Below, in pieces: positions 14,957 through 23,048 of a stretch of DNA of 64,000 nt. Source of the DNA: Patescibacteria group bacterium (GTDB lineage Bacteria; Patescibacteriota; Patescibacteriia; Patescibacteriales; UBA12465); assembly GCA_050949505.1 (NCBI GenBank), contig JBMNFV010000001.1, positions 286,284 to 350,283 of the forward strand, written 5' to 3'. A program made the position numbers and the translations under genes. Below the pieces are notes generated by a model that did no database searches, was not told the DNA's origin, and was given only the letters and a program-made list of their open reading frames with translations. How positions within the stretch are numbered: position 1 is the first letter of the stretch; every line of letters begins with the position of its first letter.

Positions 14957-15338
14957 ATACAATGTTAAAACAGAAGATTTTGCCGAAAAGTATTATATAA
15001 AAAAATTTAGAAAAAAATATAAAACATATTGGGAGACAACCTTCAGGGGGCTTGAGAAGGTTTTAGAAAATTTAGACAGCGTCAGGGGCACCGATATGAT
15101 AGAGGAAATAAGTAGTCAAGGAGATTTAGCGGTGCTAAAAATGCAGTTTCGTGTAGCTGGCACTAATTTCTCCAAAAAGACCTCAGGCAACAGATGTATT
15201 TTATCGGCAAATAGAAAAACAAGAGAAATAAGGATTTTATTGGTTTATCATAAAAACGATCTAGGGGGCAAAAATGAAACAGTCACTTGGAAAAAATTGA
15301 TTAGAGATAATTATAGTGATTATTATTTTTGTAAATAA
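14946..15338 (+). CDS. putative RelE/ParE-superfamily (Gp49/HigB-like) toxin
   Basis: Overlaps the antitoxin stop by 11 nt. The KKTSGNRCILSANRKTREIRILLVYHKND pattern resembles the GKSGGxRvIy...ilLliy.K core of this toxin family. Confidence 0.5.
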   Translation: MFIKYNVKTEDFAEKYYIKKFRKKYKTYWETTFRGLEKVLENLDSVRGTDMIEEISSQGDLAVLKMQFRVAGTNFSKKTSGNRCILSANRKTREIRILLVYHKNDLGGKNETVTWKKLIRDNYSDYYFCK

Positions 15339-15351
15339 TAAAAGTAAAAAT

Positions 15352-16200
15352 ATGAAAAAAACAATAAAACAAAAGAATATAAAACCAGTAATTTTTGAAG
15401 AAAAGACAATTAGGAGAGATTGGCATGATAATGAATGGTATTTTTCTATTGTTGATATTGTGGCAGTTTTATCTCAAAGTAATAACCCAAATAGATATTG
15501 GAGTGACCTTAAAAGAAAGCTTGTTTCTGAAGGATATTATGAGTTATACGAAAAAATCGTACAACTGAAATTACCAGCAACAGATGGTAAAAAATATAAA
15601 ACGGATAGCATAAATTTGCAAGGAATTTTTCGTATCATTCAAGCAATTTCTTCCCCTAAAGCAGAGCCTTTTAAGCAGTGGCTCGCAAAAGTAGGGCAAG
15701 AACGAATTGAGGAAATGGTTAATCCAGAAATAGCCTTGAATCGCTCCCGTGAATACTGGCAAAAGCATGGACGAAGTGAGAAGTGGATACAACAAAGAAT
15801 GATGGGGCAAGAAACGAGGAACAAATTAACTGATTATTGGAAATCAGCTAATGTTAAGAAGGGTGAAGAGTATGCAATTTTGACAAATATCATTCATCAA
15901 GAGTGGAGTGACCTTGATGTCCAAGAACATAAGAAATTAAAAAGACTTGATAAGTCTATAAACTTACGGGACCACATGTCAGAAGCTGAATTGATTTTTA
16001 CCGCTCTTGCTGAATTATCTACCAGGCAGATCGCAGAGTCTGAGCACTCACAGGACTTAGAAGAAAACAAGATTCCGGCAAAGCGAGGGGGAAGGATTGC
16101 TAAAGATGCACGATTAGCTCTTGAGAAAAAAACAGGTCAAAAAGTGGTGAGCGCTGAAAACTATTTACCAACACAAAAATCTAAGAAGAGATTAAAATAA
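15352..16200 (+). CDS. Bro-N domain protein (phage antirepressor/DinD-like)
   Basis: FEEKTIRRDWHDNEWYFSIVDIVAVLSQS...GIFRIIQAISSPKAEPFKQWLAKVG matches the Bro-N pattern. Basic C-terminal tail. Confidence 0.65.
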   Translation: MKKTIKQKNIKPVIFEEKTIRRDWHDNEWYFSIVDIVAVLSQSNNPNRYWSDLKRKLVSEGYYELYEKIVQLKLPATDGKKYKTDSINLQGIFRIIQAISSPKAEPFKQWLAKVGQERIEEMVNPEIALNRSREYWQKHGRSEKWIQQRMMGQETRNKLTDYWKSANVKKGEEYAILTNIIHQEWSDLDVQEHKKLKRLDKSINLRDHMSEAELIFTALAELSTRQIAESEHSQDLEENKIPAKRGGRIAKDARLALEKKTGQKVVSAENYLPTQKSKKRLK

Positions 16201-16204
16201 GTAT

Positions 16205-16387
16205 ATGTCATTAGAAAAAATAAATTTTGATGAAGCTAGGCAGTCATAACTCCCGTTAGTAGAGCTCCTTATCAACACGGGTTATGAATATATTTCCCCT
16301 GAAGATGCCCTAAGGCAAATGAAATTAATATATGAAGATGTTGTTAATAAAAAAGATGCAAGTCTGCCAGAAAGAATTGAATTTTAA
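16205..16387 (+). pseudogene. 60-codon ORF interrupted by an in-frame TAA (codon 15)
   Basis: MSLEKINFDEARQS*LPLVELLINTGYEYISPEDALRQMKLIYEDVVNKKDASLPERIEF*, with the TAA at 16247..16249 in frame. Confidence 0.3.
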
Positions 16388-16444
16388 AAAGGGTCTGATT
16401 CTGGACATAAAGATAATTAGTATTAAAAAATAATTCTATCTAAT

Positions 16445-17332
16445 ATGAATAATTTAGAGAAGATAACTCAGCTCACGCCCGCTCAAGAAGAATTGGAGGG
16501 GGATAAGCTGGAAACAGAAACCACTTTAGAGAAAAGGGAGATTTTAGAGTCAGCCACAAAGTTTGCTGAGTATTTGGTTGCTCGTTGGCCACAAGTTGAG
16601 ACTGATAGCGAGTTTAAGGGAAAGTTAAATTATTATCTCTCTGGCTCTTTAGCGGTTATGCTGCTTTCTCAGGCTGAGGAATTCACCACAGTAGATGGGG
16701 CACAAATTCCCGAGATAGTAGAGGTTCAAACTAAAAAAATACCAGAGTCAGCAAGCAGGATTTTAACTTCTTTTGCTCGTCAACTGGGTGACTTAGATTA
16801 TGTTCCTAGTAAACACTACCAAGGCAATCCGGCTAGACTAAGAAAGGGTGGGGGAGGACCCGCCTTTACTGAAGTTCCCGAGATCGGACTTAAAGCCTTG
16901 AAGCAAGAAAAAGGACAACTAAAGATAATGTGTGATCCAGTGGAGACATTTGGAGAAAAGAGAGTGGCGAAGATTAGAGTCGCGGAACAAGATTATTATA
17001 TCTCTAGGCCAGACACAATGTTAGCTTATAAAGTTCTCCATTTGCTACAAAGTTTTGAACAGAAGCCAGATAAGTTTAACGCAGATTTCAAGAAAATTCT
17101 TAAGGCCTTACAAGAAATATATAGCGATAAAGAGCTGGAGAAAATAACTAGACAAGTATTAATAGATTATGAAAACTCTTTAAATAAGTCACCTAGTCAA
17201 GGGAGTGAGAAAAAAGAAAGCTCAACTAGTTATGGAGAGAAAGTTTCCGAATTAATTGATAAAACATTAGCCCTCCAGCAAATTTCTCCAGAGATTAGAG
17301 CGATCTTAGAGAAGTTAAAAGAAGAAGGATAA
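16445..17332 (+). CDS. hypothetical protein
   Basis: 295 aa ORF with no confident motif. Confidence 0.5.
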   Translation: MNNLEKITQLTPAQEELEGDKLETETTLEKREILESATKFAEYLVARWPQVETDSEFKGKLNYYLSGSLAVMLLSQAEEFTTVDGAQIPEIVEVQTKKIPESASRILTSFARQLGDLDYVPSKHYQGNPARLRKGGGGPAFTEVPEIGLKALKQEKGQLKIMCDPVETFGEKRVAKIRVAEQDYYISRPDTMLAYKVLHLLQSFEQKPDKFNADFKKILKALQEIYSDKELEKITRQVLIDYENSLNKSPSQGSEKKESSTSYGEKVSELIDKTLALQQISPEIRAILEKLKEEG

Positions 17333-17347
17333 TTAGGAATAGTTTTT

Positions 17348-17695
17348 ATGACTAGGGCAGTCATCAAACTAAAAAGAATCTATGAGGAGCCAGCTAGCAA
17401 TGATGGTTTAAGAGTTTTAGTAGATCGTCTTTGGCCCCGAGGAGTTTTAAAAGAGCGAGCACAGCTAGATGCTTGGTTAAAAGAGCTAGCACCATCAACT
17501 GAGTTGCGACAATGGTTTAACCATGACCCAGAGAAGTGGCTAGAATTTAAAAAGCGTTATCGCCAGGAATTAAAAGATAGCCAAGTGTTAGAAGAGCTTC
17601 AAGAAATGATTAAGCAAAATAAAGTGATCACCCTTCTTTTTGCCGCTAAAGATGAAGCACATAATGAAGCGGTGGTGTTGAAAGAAATATTATAA
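17348..17695 (+). CDS. yeaO: DUF488 family protein (YeaO-like)
   Basis: KLKRIYEEPASNDGLRVLVDRLWPRGV...LKELAPSTELRQWF...LLFAAKDEAHNEAVVLKE is collinear with E. coli YeaO as I recall it. Confidence 0.75.
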   Translation: MTRAVIKLKRIYEEPASNDGLRVLVDRLWPRGVLKERAQLDAWLKELAPSTELRQWFNHDPEKWLEFKKRYRQELKDSQVLEELQEMIKQNKVITLLFAAKDEAHNEAVVLKEIL

Positions 17696-17881
17696 CAATA
17701 AAAAATAATATAATAATTAATTTGTTATGTTAAAAAATTTTGAATATTTAGGAACTATAGGTGAGCTGCAGTCTAATAATTACAATTGGAGAGAAGTTTC
17801 AAATTCCAAGGGTGTTTATGTGATGATTTTATAAAAATTTTATTAGATAAAAAATTTTATAAAAAAATAATATTTAAATTT

Positions 17882-18130
17882 ATGAAAAAAGAGTTAATTT
17901 TAAAAATTGTATTTTATTTAATCATTGCTTTATCGGTATTGTTTATTATTAATAAAATTAACAAATATTTAGATGCTAGAGTTCAGTATGAAAATATTGA
18001 GTGCCATAATAGGGCATATATAATTTATAAACAGCATGATGACCAAAATTATCAGGCAAAAAATCGAGATTGGTCTTTAAGAAATACCGAATGCTCACAA
18101 ATAGAAGCTAAATATCAAAGAGGATTCTAG
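17882..18130 (+). CDS. small membrane-anchored hypothetical protein
   Basis: MKKELILKIVFYLIIALSVLFII TM anchor, in a very AT-rich stretch. I prefer ATG 17882 to the upstream alternative start. Confidence 0.35.
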   Translation: MKKELILKIVFYLIIALSVLFIINKINKYLDARVQYENIECHNRAYIIYKQHDDQNYQAKNRDWSLRNTECSQIEAKYQRGF

Positions 18131-18527
18131 CTTTAAAAATTTATAATTAATAAAAATAAAAATATGTTTTTTAACTGGTCTCTTATTATTAATATAGCTT
18201 TAGGAGTAATAATTGGAGGAGTATTTCTCTATATACTAAAAGATGTTGCAGAGTTTATTTTTGAATTAATGTTTGACAAATAAATCAAAAAGAGCGACTC
18301 TAATTAGATTAATATAATAAACTCGTCTATAGATTAATTTGTAGCTTAACAGAGCTGTTAAACCTGAGTGATGCATATTGGATTCAATCTATAAATTATA
18401 AAAAATATAGCTTTTAAGTATTTAGCCAAGCACTTTAAGCTAAAAGCTGTTTAAAGGATTTAGTTGGATATAGAAACTTAGGTCAGGTAATTATTTGCTA
18501 AACAAATAGGAGCTATCTAAATCTTTT

Positions 18528-19238
18528 ATGCCCAACCCCCTTAATCCAGAAAACATAATCATAGGAATGTCCTTGCGGAAGGATGGGAATATGAGACTTT
18601 CGGAGCTGGAGAATAATGCCGAGAAAAACCGAGAGTCATTTTTTATTAACCAAGGAATAGAGACTAGGAAGGTTGTTTTTGCCAACCTAGTTCATGGCAG
18701 TCAGGTGAGGGTAGTTAGGCGGAGTGATAGGGGAAAGATTATGCCAGCTGGTGATGCCTTGATCACTGGAGATTTAGGAGTAGTTTTAGCCCTAACAGTG
18801 GCTGACTGTTTGCCTGTTTATTTCTATGACTTAAACAAGAAGGTGGTGGCAATTGCTCATGCTGGTTGGCGTAGTCTAAAGGCCGGAGTGATTAATAAGG
18901 TGATAGCTGAGTTTTTGATTAAGTTTGACTCAGAGGTTCAAGATATTATGATTCAGGTTGGTCCTCACATCCAAGCCTGTCATTTTGAGGTGAAGGAAGA
19001 TGTTGCTAAAGAGTTTAGTGAATATCCAGATCAGATTATTAATAAGGCGGGAAAGCGATACATTAACCTAGCTGGAGTAGTAGTGGAGCAGTTAGTGAAA
19101 CTAGGACTTAAAAGAGAGCAAATTAAGATTAGTCCTGACTGCACCTATTGCTTATCAGATAAGTATTTTTCCTATCGTCGTGATCGGTCTGAAGGACTGA
19201 AGACCATGCTGGTCTATATAGGAATGAGAGATAAATAA
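18528..19238 (+). CDS. pgeF: YfiH/PgeF family (Cu-oxidase_4, peptidoglycan editing factor / purine nucleoside phosphorylase-like)
   Basis: DALIT, TVADCLPV and AIAHAGWRS motifs, FSYRRD near the C-terminus. Confidence 0.8.
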   Translation: MPNPLNPENIIIGMSLRKDGNMRLSELENNAEKNRESFFINQGIETRKVVFANLVHGSQVRVVRRSDRGKIMPAGDALITGDLGVVLALTVADCLPVYFYDLNKKVVAIAHAGWRSLKAGVINKVIAEFLIKFDSEVQDIMIQVGPHIQACHFEVKEDVAKEFSEYPDQIINKAGKRYINLAGVVVEQLVKLGLKREQIKISPDCTYCLSDKYFSYRRDRSEGLKTMLVYIGMRDK

Positions 19239-19257
19239 CCGTTGCCGGCTAGGCAAG

Positions 19258-19281
19258 AAGCATCATAAGTGATGCTTTTTT
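19258..19281 (+). terminator. intrinsic terminator after pgeF
   Basis: aagcatca-taag-tgatgctt hairpin plus a T run. Confidence 0.6.
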
Positions 19282-19396
19282 AATAATGTTTTAACTTGTC
19301 TAAGTTGAGTTATTGGAGTAAATTTAAGCACAAGCATTAATTATGTGTTAAACTACCTAACAGTTAATTATTAAAGGAAAGACTTTAAGTTTTTTT

Positions 19397-21142
19397 ATGA
19401 AATCATTTATTAAGCATTTTAAGCCATTTCGGTTTAGTATTCTCTTATTACTACTCTTTACCCTAGGACAAACTTGGGCCAATTTAAGCTTACCAGATTA
19501 TTTAGCCAAGATAGTTAATGAGGGAATTATTAAGCAAAATATTCCCTTAGTTTATCGCTATGGCCTAATTATGTTAGCTTTTGCTCTAGTAGGAGGCTTG
19601 CTAACCATAGCAATAGGGTATCTATCCGCTCGGTTGGGAGCGAAATTTTCTCACCAGCTTCGTAATAAATTATTTACTAAAGTAGAGAATTTTTCTCTGG
19701 GGGAGTTTAATAAATTCTCTACCGCCTCATTGATCACTAGAAGTACTAATGATATTCAGCAAATCCAAACAGCAGTCATTATGACTTTTCGCATGGCGCT
19801 AATGGCCCCAGTAATGGGAGTCATTGCGATTGTTAAAGCCTATCAATTAGCTCCTGCTATGACCTGGATTATGGCTGCAGCTATTTTAGCCTTGTTAATA
19901 ATGATTAGCTTTATCTTTTGGCTCACTTTGCCAAAGTTTAAGAAAATTCAAGCCCTAGTGGACCGCCTTAACTTAATTACCAGAGAGATGCTTACCGGGC
20001 TACGGGTGATTAGAGCCTTTGGAAAAGAAAAATTAGAAGAAGAGCGCTTTGGGTCCAATAATCAGGAGCTGACTAAGATGAATCTAATCGTAAACCGACT
20101 GATGGCCATTATGCATCCCGGGATTACCTTCTTGCTAGGTCTAGCCATGGTGGCGGTTGTTTGGTTTGGAGCTAAACAGATAGACTTAGGCGTATTGCCA
20201 GTGGGGAATATGATGGCTTTTATGCAATATGTAATGCAGGCCATCTTTTCTTTCCAAATGATTTCCATGATGTTCATTATGATCCCCCGGGTTTCAGTTT
20301 CAATTAACCGAGTGGAAGAAGTCTTGCAAGCGGAGCCAGCCATAGTGGATTCTCCCAAGGCGACGGCTATTACTAAATTAAATGGGGCGATAGAATTTAA
20401 AAATGTTTCCTTTACCTACGAGGAAGCCGAGGAGCCAGTTTTAAAGAATATTTCTTTTATAGCGCAGCCAGGGGAGACCACCGCAATTATTGGCAGCACT
20501 GGTAGTGGTAAGTCTACTCTCATTCAGTTAATCCCTAGATTTTATGAGGCTAGTCAGGGCCAGGTTCTAATCAAGGGAATTGATGTTAAGGATATGCGTC
20601 AGCAGGAACTGCGAGAGCAAATTGCCTACATTCCTCAGAAAGCCATTCTTTTTTCGGGTGATATTTTAGAAAACATTAGTTATAGTGATGAAAAAATGTC
20701 TACCGAAAGAGTGGTTAAGTCCTTGGAGGTTGCCCAGGCTAGTGAGTTTGTTAATGAACTTGAGATGGGAATTAAGTCTAAAGTGGCCCAAGCGGGAGCC
20801 AACTTCTCCGGCGGGCAAAAGCAACGCCTAGCCATTGCTCGGGCTCTAGCTAAGTCAGCTGAGATTTATATTTTTGATGATAGCTTCTCAGCGCTAGACT
20901 TTAGGACAGATTTAAAATTAAGGCAGGAACTCAAGGATAGTCTTAAGGGAAAGACAGTCTTAATAGTCGCTCAACGGGTCAGCACTATTATGGAGGCCGA
21001 TAAAATTATTGTTTTAGACTCAGGAGAGCTAGTTAGTGAAGGCCGACATGAAGACTTGTTAGTCAGCTCGCCAATTTACCGAGAGATCGCTCTGTCGCAA
21101 TTATCAGCTGAAGAATTAGGCCTAGATCAAGAGAAAGAATAA
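19397..21142 (+). CDS. ABC exporter, fused permease/ATPase subunit (heterodimer partner 1)
   Basis: Six-TM ABC_membrane region, Walker A GSTGSGKST, signature FSGGQKQRLAIARA, Walker B IYIFDDSFSALD. Confidence 0.9.
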   Translation: MKSFIKHFKPFRFSILLLLLFTLGQTWANLSLPDYLAKIVNEGIIKQNIPLVYRYGLIMLAFALVGGLLTIAIGYLSARLGAKFSHQLRNKLFTKVENFSLGEFNKFSTASLITRSTNDIQQIQTAVIMTFRMALMAPVMGVIAIVKAYQLAPAMTWIMAAAILALLIMISFIFWLTLPKFKKIQALVDRLNLITREMLTGLRVIRAFGKEKLEEERFGSNNQELTKMNLIVNRLMAIMHPGITFLLGLAMVAVVWFGAKQIDLGVLPVGNMMAFMQYVMQAIFSFQMISMMFIMIPRVSVSINRVEEVLQAEPAIVDSPKATAITKLNGAIEFKNVSFTYEEAEEPVLKNISFIAQPGETTAIIGSTGSGKSTLIQLIPRFYEASQGQVLIKGIDVKDMRQQELREQIAYIPQKAILFSGDILENISYSDEKMSTERVVKSLEVAQASEFVNELEMGIKSKVAQAGANFSGGQKQRLAIARALAKSAEIYIFDDSFSALDFRTDLKLRQELKDSLKGKTVLIVAQRVSTIMEADKIIVLDSGELVSEGRHEDLLVSSPIYREIALSQLSAEELGLDQEKE

Positions 21143-21143
21143 T

Positions 21144-22991
21144 ATGAACAAGCAAACAAATTCTAAACATAAACCAACTAGCCCGCAGTTTACGCTTAGA
21201 AGGGGGCACGGAATTTCGGGTCCAGCCGAGAAGCCCAAGGACTTTAAGGGAACCATGCAGAGTTTATTAAAACGACTGCGATCTTATCGCTTAGCAATTA
21301 TTGGCGTTATTGTCTTAGCCTTAGCAAGCACTATTTTTTCTATTATCAGTCCTAAGATTCTCGGAGATATTACTAACACAATAGTTAGCGGTCAGTCTGG
21401 GTCGGGAATAGCGTTTGGCAGAATATTAAGCTTAGTTAAATTATTATTAACTCTCTATCTCCTTAGCTTAGGGACTGGATATTTGCATCGCTGGTTAATG
21501 GCGGGGGTAACTCAAAAGATCACCTTTAGTCTGCGCCATGATATTGCGGCAAAAATTAATCGCCTGCCGCTTAGCTATTATGACCGACAGACTCACGGAG
21601 AGATCTTAAGTCGGGTGACTAATGATGTGGATACAGTTAGTCAGTCACTAGACCAAAGTCTCACTCAGCTAGTCTCAGCCATGACCACATTAGTTGGGGT
21701 AATAGTGATGATGTTTTTAATTAGCTGGCAACTAAGCTTAGTGGCCCTAATTGTTATGCCGCTGGGCTTCTTATTTGTTAAGTTTGTGATCAAACGTTCG
21801 CAAAAACAATTCTTACGTCAGCAGCGATATTTGGGAGAAATAAATGGCCATATTGAAGAAATGTTTTCTGGTCACTTAGTCGTTAAAGCCTATAACGGTG
21901 AGGAGCGCTCCATTAGAGCCTTTAAGAAGATTAATGATCAGCTACAAGACAGTGCCTGGAAGTCTCAATTCTTTTCTGGCCTATTAATGCCAGTGATGAA
22001 CTTTATTGGCAATCTAGGCTATGTGGCAGTGGCGGTCTTAGGAGCTTGGTTAACCCTTCAGGGACGACTAAGCATCGGCGGAATCCAAGCCTTCATTCAA
22101 TACCTTAGACAATTTAATCACCCCATTGCTCAAACTGCCAATATTGCTAATGTCTTGCAATCAACGGCTGCGGCCGCTGAACGAGTGTTTGAGTTTTTAT
22201 CAGAGCCCGAGCAAGAGGCTGAGGTTAGCGAACCCTTATCAGTTGGTCAAATTAGGGGACAGGTGGAGTTTGATCAGGTTAATTTCTCCTATCTTGCTGG
22301 TGAGCCAGTGATTAAGGATTTTTCAATTAATATTCAACCCGGGCAACGGGTAGCGATAGTTGGTCCTACGGGAGCTGGCAAGACCACTCTAGTTAATTTG
22401 CTAATGCGCTTTTATGAGCTAGATAGCGGGGAAATTAGAATTGATGGTTTGGATATTAAACAACTAAAACGTTCGGACCTTAGGTCTTTGTTTGGCATGG
22501 TGCTACAAGATGCTTGGTTGTTTAAAGGGACCATTAAAGAAAATATTGCTTATGGCCGAGCCGAGGCTAGTACTGAAGAAATTTATCAAGCTGCGATCAC
22601 CGCTCGGGCTGATCATTTCATTAGAACCCTGCCCGATGCCTATAATCTAATAATTAACGAAGAGGCGGATAATATTTCTCAGGGAGAAAAGCAATTAATT
22701 ACCATTGCTCGGGCGATGTTAACTGCTGCTCCGATTTTAATTCTTGATGAGGCCACTAGTTCAGTGGATACGCGAACAGAAATATTAATTCAAGAAGCGA
22801 TGGAGAGACTAATGAAGGGCCGAACTAGTTTTGTGATTGCGCATCGGCTCTCAACTATTAAAAATGCTGACCTAATTCTAATGATAGAGGAGGGACGAGT
22901 GGTGGAGCAGGGCAGTCACCAGGAATTATTAGCCAAACAAGGAGCATATGCGGCGCTCTATTATAGTCAATTTGCTCTTCAGGCTAATTGA
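21144..22991 (+). CDS. ABC exporter, fused permease/ATPase subunit (heterodimer partner 2)
   Basis: Walker A GPTGAGKTT, signature ISQGEKQLITIARA, Walker B ILILDEATSSVD. The start is 2 nt after the upstream stop. Confidence 0.9.
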   Translation: MNKQTNSKHKPTSPQFTLRRGHGISGPAEKPKDFKGTMQSLLKRLRSYRLAIIGVIVLALASTIFSIISPKILGDITNTIVSGQSGSGIAFGRILSLVKLLLTLYLLSLGTGYLHRWLMAGVTQKITFSLRHDIAAKINRLPLSYYDRQTHGEILSRVTNDVDTVSQSLDQSLTQLVSAMTTLVGVIVMMFLISWQLSLVALIVMPLGFLFVKFVIKRSQKQFLRQQRYLGEINGHIEEMFSGHLVVKAYNGEERSIRAFKKINDQLQDSAWKSQFFSGLLMPVMNFIGNLGYVAVAVLGAWLTLQGRLSIGGIQAFIQYLRQFNHPIAQTANIANVLQSTAAAAERVFEFLSEPEQEAEVSEPLSVGQIRGQVEFDQVNFSYLAGEPVIKDFSINIQPGQRVAIVGPTGAGKTTLVNLLMRFYELDSGEIRIDGLDIKQLKRSDLRSLFGMVLQDAWLFKGTIKENIAYGRAEASTEEIYQAAITARADHFIRTLPDAYNLIINEEADNISQGEKQLITIARAMLTAAPILILDEATSSVDTRTEILIQEAMERLMKGRTSFVIAHRLSTIKNADLILMIEEGRVVEQGSHQELLAKQGAYAALYYSQFALQAN

Positions 22992-23048
22992 TAATCAGGG
23001 CAAATAGTGATAAACTAAAGGTGATTTTATTATTAATTAATAATAACT

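Noticed and set aside
16445-17332. Possible minimal nucleotidyltransferase (SGS ... DLD)
   Set aside because: The spacing between the G-S and DxD-like residues is far too long for the MNT fold motif, so I make no call.
7695-18490. Search for a direct repeat of the tRNA-Ser 3' end to define attR
   Set aside because: Reading by eye, I found no convincing second copy of ttcgaatcccactctctccgcca; only short chance matches such as ccgcca at about 14100 and ctctctc at about 14226. Serine recombinases need only a 2 bp overlap, so the right boundary cannot be set this way.
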